Shown one piece after another: positions 12,879 through 26,216 of a DNA stretch of 64,000 nt. Source of the DNA: Eukaryota sp. GEM-RC1 (taxonomy: Eukaryota). Position 1 is the first letter of the stretch. Every line of letters starts with the position of its first letter. A program made the translations under genes and the position numbers. The notes under the pieces are model-generated. The model did not search any database, had not been told where the DNA came from, and saw only the letters and a program-made list of their open reading frames with translations. Location of the stretch: contig JAUFOQ010000004.1 of the NCBI GenBank assembly GCA_040285855.1, positions 2,108,001-2,172,000 on the forward strand, written 5' to 3'.

Positions 12879-13529
12879 TTATGTGAAACAAATGAGCTTT
12901 GGAGTTTCATGTGAACTATAAGGGTTGATTGTTCTATATACAGCGCAATGTTTTGGAAGCATATCTGATAAGCCTTGAAGCAGCGGTAGTGAATCGTCAT
13001 CAAGTTCTAGGTATTGGAGGCAAAGACAATGTTTCAGGACATATCTGAACAAATAGCGCTTATAATCAAATCGATTAGGACGTATACAGTGGATGAAGCT
13101 ATTCCAGAAAGTAGGGAGACAGAGGCGGCGTATGTTTTTCATTGCCATGATACTGTTGGAGTAGCATCTCTCAGAGACTTGTTTGATCTTCTCATTGACA
13201 TTGAAGTTAGCGTTTTCGCATATTATTTGAATGTGTGTGTCATCTAGACAGAGAGTCTTTGAAGGTTTGAACTGAATACAAACTTTCTCTCCATAACGCG
13301 AACAGAAAGATTTGAGACCGCAGAAGGAACAGAAAGGGCCGCTGAATCGGATGAATAGCGGATGGTTGTTTTGACGAAGATAGAAATCCAACGTTCTGGC
13401 GATTGATGATTCAATAGACTTGTCTTGACTTGTATTTGCGACTGATACGTTAAGCATTTGGAACTCCTCTTGATCGAAAATGATGTCTAACACATCTGTT
13501 TCCATGTTGAGTTGAAAACTGCAGGACAT
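12879..13529 (-). CDS. Hypothetical protein (may extend further upstream)
   Basis: 216-aa ORF convergent with SPCS3; no motif recognised. Confidence 0.5.
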   Translation of the reverse strand: MSCSFQLNMETDVLDIIFDQEEFQMLNVSVANTSQDKSIESSIARTLDFYLRQNNHPLFIRFSGPFCSFCGLKSFCSRYGEKVCIQFKPSKTLCLDDTHIQIICENANFNVNEKIKQVSERCYSNSIMAMKNIRRLCLPTFWNSFIHCIRPNRFDYKRYLFRYVLKHCLCLQYLELDDDSLPLLQGLSDMLPKHCAVYRTINPYSSHETPKLICFT

Positions 13530-14468
13530 TGGAATACGTGAGATGAAAGAAGATATCGGACTGAACCGAAATATTCAAACTTGTCACCTTTTGACATGTC
13601 GACATCTACATCGATCTGCAACAAGGGCATAAATCAGAACTATGCGATTGAGATCGAATGTCCATAGCAAGAGAAACATACCTCAACCACACCACTGATT
13701 CTTTATCCCCCCCTTCTTTGACGTACATCAAACTACGATTGAGTCGTATTCAGACTTATTCTTGTGTTGTTTCGTCATCAAAAAACTAATCTTTGTCAAA
13801 CTAAAATCTTGAAATAGTCATGTCGTGGCTTTGTCAACATTTGAAGAAGATTTCCACAACGAATTTTTCGAATTGAATGGTATAGAAACGCAAATTCTGT
13901 ACTAAATCATAACATATACTACACATCAATGGACACATTCAGACATATGGACGCGAAATATAATTCAATATTATATTACAATTCAGAAATTTGATGCTCT
14001 TAACGAGAGCTCATATATGAACAAAACAGGTATGATTGAGAATTGTAGTATACTATTTGCTCCATATTGAAAATGTGTTAAATCTTCCAAATCCATAACT
14101 GAGCAAGACTGTCTTAATAGTGCATTTCTAGAGGAAAAGTGTTATGAAGTCTAATAACTGACATCTGACGAGATCTTTAAGAATGAATTGTGAATTCATG
14201 TAATGATATATCCTAAACTGTACTATTTCAAAATATATTGAATTGATTAATCTGAATAATCACGTGTAACGCAGAACTCAATAATGATGACGTGTCCATG
14301 ACTTCATTATATTATCTAGGTAATTGTTAATTGTTCAGTTGATTGTTTCTCTATTTGTTGTTTTTTGTCAATACTGTCAACTTCTAAAAAAAAGTAAAGT
14401 AAGTGTCCTTAATGAAAAACAACAAATGTCTCAAAAACTCATTCAACAAACAGAAACAACAGATACAT

Positions 14469-15326
14469 TTACAGACTTTTTTTATTAACAGTCTCATTCT
14501 GGAGCAAATCACTTACTTTCTCAAAATATTTGTGCTGGTTAAACGACACATTATCTGGAACCAAATTTAAATTTTTCAAATCCTTCAATAACGTAGATAT
14601 TTTAAATAAACAACATTCAAGCTCTTCAAAATCCCGAACAACAGTCGTAGTCTTATCCAAGCCCTCTATTAAACCTTCAGACGGTGTATACTTCTGCTGA
14701 ATCGACCTCTTTGCATCAGAAACTAGTGGTGAAAAGTGTGTGTGGAACTCATTTAGACTGGACAGTAGTGAAACTAGCAAGGAATTGATTTGTGAGTGTT
14801 GTTGGACAGTGGAGAATTCAGCGACAGATCCTAGTTCGTTGATTTGATTGGACAACGATGATGACGTGGACTGAGCTTCTGCTATGAGGTTTTCCAAGTT
14901 CTTTTTTGAGGGAAGAGATTGAGGAGAAGAGAACTTACGCAGGGTGACAACAATATCACGTGGGAAACACGCAGGATTTGGATTGAAAAGAGAAGCTGCT
15001 TGTTTGCATATGTTTGATAGGAGAGACGGATCGAAACTTACGTGACGATGTGTAATGTTGTTTGTGACAAATTGAGAGAAAAGTAGGAGAAACTCATATC
15101 GTGAAGGATATACAGTGAGATCATATCCTAGTGTATGTATTAAAGAAAGACATTCATCTAAGGAAGAGCTAGACACATCAACAAAGACATCATTTAGTGT
15201 GGAATATTTGAGAAGAAGGAAGATACAGAGCTCTTTGAAGAACAAATCATCAGAGAAGTCAGTTTCTCTACTGAATTGTTGGGCAAGAGGGTGATCTAAA
15301 CGAAGGAGGTTTTCTGCAAGAGACAT
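14469..15326 (-). CDS. 285-aa coiled-coil protein, possibly augmin subunit HAUS7/AUG7-like
   Basis: Intact ORF. LLSNICKQAASLFNPNPACFPRDI...LPSKKNLE followed by coiled coil resembles the HAUS7/AUG7 core (recalled from memory, not searched). Confidence 0.45.
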   Translation of the reverse strand: MSLAENLLRLDHPLAQQFSRETDFSDDLFFKELCIFLLLKYSTLNDVFVDVSSSSLDECLSLIHTLGYDLTVYPSRYEFLLLFSQFVTNNITHRHVSFDPSLLSNICKQAASLFNPNPACFPRDIVVTLRKFSSPQSLPSKKNLENLIAEAQSTSSSLSNQINELGSVAEFSTVQQHSQINSLLVSLLSSLNEFHTHFSPLVSDAKRSIQQKYTPSEGLIEGLDKTTTVVRDFEELECCLFKISTLLKDLKNLNLVPDNVSFNQHKYFEKVSDLLQNETVNKKSL

Positions 15327-15738
15327 TTTTCCTTGGAAATCACTTCAGTTCTTTTGGTCCATGTCGATATGTACTTGAAACAAGTATTGTTAAATCCTCT
15401 ATAGGGCTTTTGGAGTTCATTTTTAAGCTAGACTGGAGTCTCGTGAATGAATCCGATCTCATTCTTAAGTTTATCACTCGTTTTAACTTCCCCTTTGCAC
15501 TTGTATTTTGCTGCTCTCGCTGGCTTAACCGTACTTTCAGCTCTTCGTGCAGAGTTTGATCGGTAGTGATTTTGATGACGTCATCGAATAGTTCTTTGAT
15601 TTCTGTTGTTCTCTCCTTGATTTGAATTTATCTTGTGTAATTTCAGAAGTAATTTCTCTAATTATGGTACATTTTCTAATTCATTGTGGTCTAGAATTTT
15701 AAATTTGTTCCAAAAAAATTCAACACAATTTTCGCTTT

Positions 15739-17232
15739 TCAATAAGAATGAAGAAGGTTCTTTTGAAATATATCAAAACGAGGTCTAAATAGGTCTAAAA
15801 AACTGGAATAATGGTTCTCAGTGCTCGTACGTTGAAATGTTATGAGACGCGCTAAAAGCGACAAAACCAAAGTATTGACGACCAGAGTGTACTGAAAGTA
15901 GATTAAAAAGAGTTTCTTGAAGGAGCCAAAATATTGGCTTAACGACATTAAGACGGACCATAAAGAAATAGCAACAATAAACTTCTTTCAATGAATCAAG
16001 AGCTGTGAAAACGGTACTTGAAATCAAAGTAACAATCAAAGAATCATATGTAGAAAAGATTGAGTGAGAGTTACTAATGAATGGATACATTGAACAAAAT
16101 AGGTTTTGCTGAGTGTTCTTCTGAATGTCCTTTGAGTTCAATTAATTCACTGTCTGGTGAGGGATCTTTTCTTAACCGTAGTGGTTTCACTTTAGTCAGG
16201 CAGTCATTTAGCATTGTTAGTGCACAATGATAAACCGCTCGTAGTTCAATTTGTGAATTGCAAATAACTCCCTGAGAACTGTCTGAGACTTCTGACAGTG
16301 GTACAACAATTAGCTTGAGATACCGTAAGTACAAATCCCACTGCTCAGGAAGTAATTTGATGGCACATGCCTTTAATTCGAATTTACCACACACATTTTG
16401 CATTTCGTAAATGTTCCGCAATCGAAAAACTCGAGAATGTCCAACAAGAGATTGATTTTCTGCCTCAAGGCCGATTGAAAAGAAGTACCAACACCAGAAA
16501 CACCACGTGGATTTCGAGTTAGTTCCAATTTTGCTAAAATCAGTAAGTCTTACGTAGTTCTTCATTGAAAAGTGAGTCAGAAACTCAAATAGAGACGCTA
16601 TATCGGGGTTATAAAGGAGAGATAAACAGATCAGATGAATAAAACAGACGGGACTCTGTCAGAATTTCCAGATCCACGAATGTTTAAGCAACCATAACAA
16701 AACGACATACGTCTTCAACTGAATTTTTTCAAAGATGAATTTGGTTCAACGAGAAGAAATAAAAGGATACAAGTAAAAAATTTTCCTGTTTGTAAGGAAT
16801 TTTCTACTTCCTTTTTGTTGTTTCGAGGTAAAAGAACGAATGAATACCTTCAGTGTAGGGTTAGGGTTCTTGGTGTCCTTGGTGAGAAAAATCTTCGACA
16901 AAGTACTCATCACAAGGAGGTAGACACTCTTGAACAAACTCGGTAGGAAGTTATGATAAAACCAAAAGTTTATCACCAATAGAATGATCAACATCTCGAA
17001 AGCGAGTATACACATGTAGTAGTGAAAAATGTACACAGGCTTGATCCTTCTTGTCATTAGGTATCAGCTCCCGTAGGTACTTTAGAACTTTTCTCACTTC
17101 TTTATCATGTAAGTCACCACTCACATCATAGTAATCAGTCCCAAAGATCCAAGTAAGCCACAACTGTAATTGATCACCAGAAGACTCTATTAGAACAAGA
17201 AATGAGAAATACAACATACCTAGGCACGACAC
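15739..17232 (-). pseudogene. Fragmented gene of unknown function with hydrophobic segments
   Basis: Chain of co-oriented short ORFs (16951-17232, 16746-17057, 16074-16565, 15818-16141, 15739-15948). Confidence 0.35.
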
Positions 17233-17859
17233 AATATTGTAATGAAATTGAATTCTGTCATGACGTTATGACACTCCATGACATGGCAGTGAGACAAGCA
17301 ACCAATATTTCCAATATTTATTGATGGTTATTCATTACTTTTATAAATCTCTTGTTAAAAATAATTGAACAATTTTCTATGAATATTCTATTTCTTCATT
17401 TTCTTCATCTTTTCCAAAAAAAAATTGAGTTCTTATACCACTAATGTCGTCACTGAATAACCTTTTTGAACCAGCACGAGTTTGTTTCAATTTCCGATAT
17501 TTCAATATTTAGGAATATTGGATATGTTGATTCATTTAGATGTGTACAAACAATCAATAGATTCTATTGGAATGTTTTTGAAATTGATTAATTAGCTTTT
17601 TGATGGTTATAACTACTCTTTGCAGCTTGAATCAAATGTCTACACAAATCTAATTAACTCGTTTTTTTAAATTAGAATAACAGTAAAACGATTGCTTGAT
17701 ACCAATAAGAATTAGACTTTGAAATGCTTTGAGTAGTTCAGCTAAGTCATCTCGAAGTCTACTAACATTTCTTACCTGCTGTCCGAGACAAACCTCAATA
17801 GCTTCTCCAATCAAAGAGCCAAGTCGGATATTTAAAATATCCATTATTTCTACCCCAGT

Positions 17860-18900
17860 CCATTTGCATTTCTCCAACGAAACTCTCTATTCAAATTGTA
17901 CTTTTGTAGAGGTTCAACAAGGTGATCCGCTACGACCATTTCTATTTTATCTCGTTTTACCATCAATTTGCATCAAATTCTTCAAAGTAGGACTCTGAGG
18001 TGGAATTGCGTGCTTGTGCTTATGCATATGATTTGCTCTTGATTGAAATGGTGAAGATATATTTCTTTCAACAATGTTTTGTTATCGAAAGTTGTCCCTC
18101 CTAAAGAGTGGTCTGCTTTTGGTTTGGTTGCACTAATCAAGGAGTTTCTGTGGCTGCCCTTTCATCTGATGCTTTCGTCAATGGTGTTGAAACTAATTGC
18201 ATTTTCGATTTGAATGTTAACAATGTTTTCAATTTTGTTAATCGATCCGCCATTTTTTCTGAATTCGAAAAATGTTTTCCTGAATTAAGGACATTTTACA
18301 CTGTTTCTACGGTCTTTCTTCTGATTTAGTTTTTTGTTCATTTCTTTTAAAATCAGTTTCAGGAGTTAAACAAGGAGATCTTCTTGGCCCCTTCGGTTCT
18401 GTCTGGTTATACATTCATTGCTTAAACTACACCAATCCAACACTGAGATTTAGAAATTGTAGCTTTTACGGATGATATTTCATATAATGCCCACATGTCA
18501 ACTATTTTGTATAATTGCAATTCAGGCTACTGATTTGTATAATGCTCTTGGAATTCAAAGTAATGTGCAAAAATGTTTCTTGATTGTCAAGGCAACCGAT
18601 ACTTTAATTGTAAATTCTCTAGGTTCCCTTTGTAACTACTTATCATGAAGTTTTTGATTTCTGGGTTGCTATCTTGGTTCAATCTACGACCTTGTGGACA
18701 ATTTGAGTCGATATTTGGATCAGAGCAACAGGAATTAAATCAAATTAAGGAATTACAATGGGAAAAACATCTCAAATTAGTGCTGCTGATAAGACTTTGG
18801 GTAAAAAAAGAGCTGATGTCATCGTTGTATCAGTCAATGATGAACTGATGGTTGCTGACGTGATTTCTGTAGATGTTTGTAAAAACGAACATTTAAAGAT
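17860..18900 (+). mobile_element. Degenerate CRE-like reverse transcriptase/RLE remnants
   Basis: VQQGDPLRPFLF (~17910), FDLNVNNVFNFVNR, SGVKQGDLLGP (~18360), FTDD (~18465) and RADVIVV...VADVISVDVC (~18810). Confidence 0.8.
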
Positions 18901-20213
18901 GCTATTAATTCACTCCAGAAAACTTTTAGTCTCACAGCAGAATTAGTGTCAGTCCAATATTAGTCTTTCTGTGACTAATTTTGTCTTAAGACTATATTTG
19001 TCCTGCAATTTCAAAATACAACAACTTTTTTTTCAATTGAACTGTTCTTTACAGTCCATAGATATACAGTAACAACAAACATCTGGAGTGAATTACCTCT
19101 GTACGTTTAAATTGAATACAATTTAATAAATTGTATGCAATTGAAGTGAAGAACTTCACTACTTGTACCACTAAGTAGTGGAAGGTTATCACTCATCTCC
19201 TACGATTAGTAGCGTGTCCTCTAGATCCTCCTACATGTTATCATGGACAGAACTTGTTGAGGTTAGCCTTTCTCCTCAAGCCTACTCCACTTCAGTCCAT
19301 CATCAAATCATTTCCAGGAATCTCCATGACCCAGAAAATCTCACCTTGTTGCCTTTCTTTCTCTTTCACAAAGTCCCGATGTTCGCCAGACGCAACGCTT
19401 TCGATATAGCTTATGCTCTTTGTTTGCCCAGCAAATACATTCTCAAACAACGGATTTCTTTCAAAGCTCTGGCAAAACTAGTCCAAGTCCGCTCTGGTCG
19501 CTTCTTTTGTCGTGAGACTAAACTTCTTCCTCGTGACGAAAACTTTTTCAAACTCTTTCAAGATTGTCACACTGATTCTCCCATGGACTTTTTTGAAACG
19601 TTTCTTTGTGGGTCATATAAAATCAGATACTGTATCTCGTTTAACTCTTCAAGGCTTTATGCAGTTCTTTATTCCTGACTATTTTGATTCAGAAACTCCA
19701 CCTAGAGTAAATCCTGTTGTTCAAAACGCCATCACTTGTTTTCTTAGAGTTCCTCTTACTGAGAAGGTTTACGGCTATGATGACAAAATGTTTGTTTTTG
19801 TGGATGCCTTTATTTTGGTAATGAAGGGTAATGAAGGAGTTGCACGTGGAGAACGAATATTTGTAAAGGTTAAAGAAGAATTTGACTTTGATCCTGATTT
19901 TTTTTAATTATGAGGTTTTTAATCCACATGAAATTGTTGTAATTGATTCTTTTTCGTCACCGTTTTTTGAAGGATGGGTACACTTCATTGTGAGAGAGTT
20001 TGTAAGTCTTAAAAGGTTTCATCCAGTTGTCTCGTGTGATACGCATCATTTTTTCAGATTATCATACACTTTTTGTCTTGAGGAACAAGAGTTTTGTGAA
20101 TTGTAGATTTTTTATTATCTTTTCTTTTGGAGAAACAATTCAAGATTGATAAGTGTCCTGACCTCTTGTTCAATGTGAGTAATACTAATTTCTTGTTGAA
20201 TATTGAATATAAG

Positions 20214-21124
20214 CTAAGTTACCGAGTACGCACTCCGCGCGAAGTATGATATCGCACTCACTTTGTGTTAACTTTCTTTTGCCATTTTTGAATGCAATAC
20301 CTCAGCGTTGTGATTGAATACGGTATTGATTTTTTTGCTGCGTTGATCCAACCTTCAGACTATAAACTTGCCATGTACTTGTATCTCATAGCTGAACAAA
20401 TTGGAACTGAAATGTTTCAAACTTATAACCATTACTGTTATTACGATAACAGTTGTACAGAATACAGGTATTTTGTAGCAATATTTGCAAAGAAGAGGTT
20501 TTTCGCTTTTATTTTTCAAAGAGTGACGAATCCTGTCACAGAAGTCACTGTTATTGAGTTCAGACGAAGAATCTGTCTATTCATTATAACTCATTGAGTC
20601 TTCTACAATAATGATCGAACAAATAGGAATCATAAGCAAACAGTGTATTTGTTGTACCAATTAAACTACAATTACTAAACTATAAAGATTTTACATGCAG
20701 ATATAAACTAATACAAACTAATTCAGAAAATGAAGGAAGTTTAATTCTCCACATCAACATGAGAATTATCGCTTTACAACTTCGAATGAATGGAACTTAA
20801 ATACTTCGGAATGCTTCTTTAAAGAGCAAGCATAAATCGATTAATCCGTACAGCACTATTAAAAACCTTACCATTAGAACGACATAAAAGATTACAATCG
20901 TACAGAAATTTTAAAGCTGGACCAATATTACCAAAAATTGAAATTGCAAATGATACAAATGAAAACTTAGAATATTAATTTTCATTAAAGCTTCTTCAAA
21001 GCATTTATTAAAATATACTAATAATGGAGTCTAATAAAAAATACTATTTAACGTTATGTATCGCACTTGTACTCAGTACGTACAGACTCAGTGCGAGCAA
21101 AAATCGTCACACTCGGTAACTTAG
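20214..21124. mobile_element. Non-autonomous hAT-like element, 911 bp
   Basis: 14-bp TIR CTAAGTTACCGAGT. 8-bp TSD AATATAAG/ATTATAAG (7/8 match). Confidence 0.8.
20640..20960 (-). mobile_element. Truncated CRE-like RLE C-terminus nested in the MITE
   Basis: Minus-strand translation FAISIFGNIGPA...CRSNGKVFNS...IPKYLSSIHSKL parallels FAVSIYGNIGPA...CSEYGKVFNE of family A. Confidence 0.75.
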
Positions 21125-21907
21125 ATTATAAGAATGTTTATCATCTAGGGATTTAGAGGCGTTATGTAGAAAAGATCTGATAGATCTCCCAATTCTGCCT
21201 CATTTTATTGACATTAAGAAAGGAGTTCTTTGTTTTTCACCTGAGACATTTTTACCATTCCATATATAGTGAAGAAGATATTGCTACTGTGGATTCCCTT
21301 TTAAAGTTGTTTGATATTAAAGTACTTGCTTTGAGAAAGTGTATATTTGAAGGAGATACGATTTCGTTGTGGCTTTCAATCGCAGGCATTGTAACATTGA
21401 CTTCTCTTGATTGCAGTAATTGTAAGTTTTTGGGTGAATGGTTTGAAAGCTTTTGTATGATTGTTTATTTTCTAAGTCCACACAAAGGATCAAATCTGAT
21501 TACGATCAACTTACAAAAGACTTCTGTAAGTGATAATGATGCTAAATTATTTGCTGAAGTGTTGGAAACTAATTACACGTTATCTATTATACTTCTACAG
21601 TCCAACTCCATTGGTAATGAAGGAGCTCTGGCACTAGCAGAAGCCTTGAAGGTTAATTCTACTGTTACTGAAATTAATTTAAGAGGGAATCCTGTGGATA
21701 ATGAAACTAAACTGTTGGCCAGTAAAATTTCTAATGATCGTATTAAATGGACTTTTTGGTGAGTTAGTTTTTGGTCTGAATTTGGTCTTGAACTTTTTTT
21801 GAAGGCAACTCATTGTTATTTGTTAATCCGGTGGTATTGTTTACTTGATTCGAGTATTATAACTTATTTTTATCTAAAAGAACTTTTATTAACAACAACA
21901 TTTCATT

Positions 21908-22012
21908 GCAACTACTTTTCGGAATTAGGTAGTTCGTTTGATAATTTGTTTTAATAGTGTTTATTTATTTGTTGTTTTCTTGTTGTGTGTTTTTCATATA
22001 AATCCGTTTTTT
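21908..22012 (+). mobile_element. 3' terminus of CRE-like family C, ending ATAAATCCG-T6
   Basis: Near-identical to 53224-53332. Confidence 0.75.
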
Positions 22013-22019
22013 ACACTTC

Positions 22020-22200
22020 AGTGTACATACATTGTACATCATCTAATAATCAATTTTGATTGCGAATTTGAAGAAACTTTCAAAGTCCAAATGGCCTATG
22101 TAGAAGTTTTCACGTCAACAAAGTGATGTAGTTGTCGAATCGTCTTCCTTTGAAGATATTGTCAGAAGGACGATCATGTTTTGAGGTGTGTCTAAATTGC
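22020..22200 (-). mobile_element. Degenerate 3' fragment of CRE-like family B
   Basis: AGTGTACATACAT...CTAATAATCAAT...TCAAAGTCCA matches 55339-55378. Confidence 0.55.
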
Positions 22201-22323
22201 AATTAAAGTCCCGATTCATAATTGAGAAGAAATGTTATGAACTAGAATTATTTATGATGTTTGTAAATCGCATCCATGAAAGAACTGTAACCACTACAAG
22301 TAAATATAACAATTATTAAAATA

Positions 22324-23075
22324 TTAAACATAATAAGAACCCTTAGATTTGCGAATTCTCGATAAATAAACTTTAGCCTTTGCTAAAACCACATTCAGAT
22401 CAGCTGCACACAATTCAAAACTTTTTAAAAATTCCTCAAATACACACGTGTTTTTGTTATCAAAGATCGCCGACAAATCAACCAACGTAGTTGAATCTCT
22501 AATAGCCAAACAAGAACATGGAAAGCCCTTAAACTGAGACTGGTTTATCAAAGCAGCGCTAATCCCAGAAAGAAAGTGCGGAAAAGGTAGCAAAGGAATA
22601 GAGAGAGGAGAAACATTGACAGAGACCTGGGACATGACTGGAAGAGAATGAGCATGAGACAATAGAGTTAAAGTGTTGATTTGTTGGGGGTTTAGTGTGA
22701 TTAGATGTTCTGATAGAGCTAGATCGAGTTCTGGGGTGGCTGTACAGAGATAGTCACATATCAAAAGATTTAGTGAAGGGACGTGGTAGAAAGATATGGA
22801 TCGCTTGTCATTGTAGCGGATGTGTGATGACTGGAATGGGTGATGAAGTTTGAGATGGATTCTAATGGACTCAGATAGGGATAGACACACGTCAGAGGAA
22901 AAACAGTAGACGGTTTTGATATCAGAGAAGGATCTGAAGTGAGGAGAGAGTGGAAACCATACGGGAGCGGGGGAATCACACATGTGGAAGGTTCAAGTTC
23001 TTCTTCAGCATCCAAAACAGCGGCATCATAGTAAACTCTGGGAACTGCTTGTTCAAGAAACTGCGAAAGAGACAT
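22324..23075 (-). CDS. Probable proteasome assembly chaperone 1 (PAC1/PSMG1)-like protein, one frameshift near 22985
   Basis: Acidic N-terminus (VYYDAAVLDAEEELE) plus PLLPFPHFLSGISAALINQSQFKGFPC, resembling the PSMG1 C-terminal motif. Confidence 0.5.
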
Positions 23076-23216
23076 TTTGTTGAAACAAATTGAAGCAAAT
23101 TAATCTGTTTTTGCAAAACAAATGCAGAGGCATTGAACATTCGCTCATCTACATAAATTCTGCTGGTGCATAATCCAAAACAGATGAAAACTCAAACAAA
23201 CCAAAAACAAAATTTT

Positions 23217-23289
23217 CTCCTTCGGTGGGGCTCGAACCCACGGTCCCCGGGTTAGAAATCCGATGCGATTCCAACTTCGCCACGAAGGA
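23217..23289 (-). tRNA. tRNA-Arg(TCT)
   Basis: Acceptor stem TCCTTCG/CGAAGGA, D-arm GCG/CGC, anticodon loop TTTCTAA, T-arm GTGGG-TTCGAGC-CCCAC, downstream oligo-T terminator. Confidence 0.93.
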
Positions 23290-24331
23290 TGGTTGACTGT
23301 ATTCTCCTATTACAAGCCTCATGTAACATTGTACAGCTCAAGCATGACGAACAGTGATCTTAACGAGTTTCTCACCTCATTAACACAATTTAAGATCACA
23401 AGACGAATAATATGCAAGTTTAATGAGCAATGATTTTGTCATATGTCAATCACTGATCTTCTTCGAGTGGATTTAATGAAGGATGATTTGATGATATTGG
23501 AGTCAATTTTGGAAAGAAGAGATGCAAGTGGGCATGTTGATAACATTGAAGAAGAACGTGGACATTTCTGTTTGTTTTTGTAAGTAATCTCCTTTTTCAC
23601 TCACATGTTCAAACAGTTATATTCTTGGGTGGTCAAGGACTGTGATAAAATACTTCTCTACAAAGAAAGCTAAATGAAAAGTAACAATATTCTTTTTTTG
23701 ATCAATATGGTTGTAAGGATATACTATCCTTCTTCTGATCAATGTTCTCAAAGTCCAATTTTCCTATTTGGAAATTTTGAGTGACCTTGTGTCCCTAATG
23801 CCTGCAAATAGATAAAAAAGCCCAGTAACAGAAGTCACCATAGCTTCAGAGACGAAAAAAGCTAAAAGAAAGATATAGAACACTGTTAGTTTACCAAAAG
23901 TCCTGTATATTGAATCGTTAATAAATTACACACAGTTCGCAAGTAATGGTGTCGCCGATTCACTTAGAGAACCAAATAACTAAAAAGCGATTACAATTGA
24001 ATTTCGAACTGAGTTAATTAAGTTCAATTTAGCACAATATTTTTCCATTATAAATTTTTCACCATTCAATAGAGGGTTTTTAGCATTAGACTTGGCAAGC
24101 TTCTGGTTGGAATCATTAAAAACATAATGAGACTTAACATTCGCATTTACTAAAGAACCGTCAAGACCGGGAAACATGACATCATTGTATCATCGCGTCA
24201 GTGTTAACATGAATTGTTAACATCCGTATAATCGAGAAAACCAGCCGAAACTGGTTCTACAAAAGATATTGTTCCCTAAGATCTACACATACATTACATT
24301 AGAATTGGTCTCATGATTTAGAGTCTGAACC

Positions 24332-25619
24332 CAGGCCCTGGAAAAATTGAATTGTCAATACTAATATTTCAATACATTGGTATGAAACATTGATTGGTAC
24401 AATTTAAAACATTTAAACATTGATTGACTCATCATGAATCATTGAAACATTGATTGATATAATGTTCAAACATTGCAACATTGGCCAATTATATTTTGCG
24501 AATTATCCTATTTCACTCAACACTACAAATCGCAATACCAATATACAGCTGATGTAGAAAGCCGTTTTAACATGTTCTTTAAGAACGAAATAAATAACTT
24601 TTGCTATTTCAATTCTTGGTAATATTGGATTTGCTACTGAAAAATTCTTTGATACCTTTTCAAAGTTGTGCCGTGACCATAGGAACAATTTTAATCAGTC
24701 TATTTGGCGCAATCGCATTGTCTTTTCCTTATATAGAAGTTTTCCAAAGTATTTGAATCGTATTCAGGACAAATTGTATCGTGGTAGTTCAAGAGTAGAT
24801 GTGGATCATTTAATATCTTTTAAGTACTAGTTGTTTGTATTTCGTTAATATATAACATAAAATTACTTTAGTTTAAAATAAATAACTTATATGATTTGGC
24901 TGTTCTACTAGTAGTAGTACACTGGTTCGTCAAATTAGTCTCACTAATGAGACTATTTATCTGATGAGACTAATTTCAAGACTTCTTTACCATTGCTTAT
25001 TACTATTCATTGCGAAAAACTATTGATCATTCCATAAAAACTCTCTGAATATTTTCCATTATGTTCGTCAAAAACAGGGTACATTTGAGTGATGATTAAT
25101 TGCTCAAACAGAGTCCACGTCCAACTGCAGCATATCTAGTAATTAATACCATCAGAATTCCAATTATCTTCTCGGAAATACTAACATCAGGGTTGTGAGG
25201 TCGAGGGATGCGTGCTTAAACGAAACCAAACGCTGCAACTATCGGTCATGAAGAGAGACGAGCGTAGTCCTACAAACCAGTGTAGTGGTTTCTAACAAAA
25301 TCCAGTGACATTATTTTGGAACTTTCTGAATTAATGTCAGTGACATTACTTTGGGTTTGGGCTTCCAAAAAAGTTCGTTCGGAATTGATGTCAGTGACAA
25401 TAATTAAGGTCAGCGGTGTAGTAGTTGTGGTAATACTTGAAACATTGAACCAATATTAAACATTGAAACATCGTTTCGACCAATATCTAACATCCAAACA
25501 ATGATTGGTTTCATTTGAAAAATTGAAAAATTGATTGGTTCAATTTGAAACATTGACATTGGCATTGGATAAATACCAATCATTGACATTGGCAATCAAT
25601 TTAATTTTTCCAGGCCCTG
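24332..25619. mobile_element. Non-autonomous TIR element, 1288 bp, CAGG...CCTG ends
   Basis: TIR CAGG(C/G)CCTGGAAAAATT(G/A)AATTG. GTCTGAACC is duplicated at 24323-24331 and 25620-25628. Subterminal AACATTG/ATTGATTG repeats. Confidence 0.9.
24600..24870 (+). mobile_element. Truncated CRE-like RLE C-terminus (family E) nested in the TIR element
   Basis: Translation FAISILGNIGFATEKFFDTFSKLCRDH...WRNRIVFSLYRSFPKY...HLISFKY*. The 56 nt at 24808-24863 match 54997-55052 at 55/56. Confidence 0.8.
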
Positions 25620-26008
25620 GTCTGAACCTTACTTCTCAATTATAGAACAGTTACAATTCAATAAATGTGAAAGTGTTACAGATTGCCCAAACTGGCATTT
25701 CGAATTATGAGAACGATCATCAGGCCAAATCAATGACCGTAAACGCATGTGTAATGACCAATCATAACGAAAAGAACTGTGGGATGTTTTCCCTTGCCAA
25801 GCCAAATCTAAAATTACAGTCCAGGCTTTCAAAATCCTAGGCATATTTATAGAAATTTCTTTTCATTGCTTAGTCAAAACGGGAGATTATTACCTAACTT
25901 GTCAGAAAATAATCTTACAGAATTTTTAAAAGTGAATTTCTGTCAAAATCTTTTCCAAAAGTATAAATACGAAACATTTATTTTTACTGAAGTGAAGTAG
26001 TAGCAGAA

Positions 26009-26216
26009 TTATGTCATCAAAATAACAATCCAAGCGTGAATGATTCCTGGAAGCCAACCCAGCAGTGTCAACAAAACATTCAACCAAAATTTGCCTTATA
26101 ATTAGTGAGAGATCTCACATACCATTCAGGAAATCTCCGTTAAGTGCCACAGCAAGGGGAGGGAGAATGATGGCAACAATTAACAACAGAATAGTGTATA
26201 GAATCGAAACTGGCAT
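26009..26216 (-). CDS. PMP3/UPF0057-family proteolipid (59 aa), one 28-nt intron (26095-26122); absent from the ORF track
   Basis: Spliced translation MPVSILYTILLLIVAIILPPLAVALNGDFLNG|KFWLNVLLTLLGWLPGIIHAWIVILMT*. Confidence 0.9.

Larger units (their letters stand above)
19235..21762 (+). pseudogene. RI-like LRR family gene interrupted by a hAT-like MITE
   Basis: C-terminal LQSNSIGNEGALALAEALKVNSTVTEINL repeats as in 42619-44451. Coding-like sequence resumes directly across the 20214-21124 insertion. Confidence 0.6.
23720..25850 (-). mobile_element. Degenerate CRE-like family B fragment split by a TIR element
   Basis: FPGLDGS...NQKLAKSNAKNPLL (23980-24177) and LRSLIWPD...CQFGQSVTLSHLLNC (25629-25844) match 55352-56215. 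The sequence is collinear across the insertion. Confidence 0.8.
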
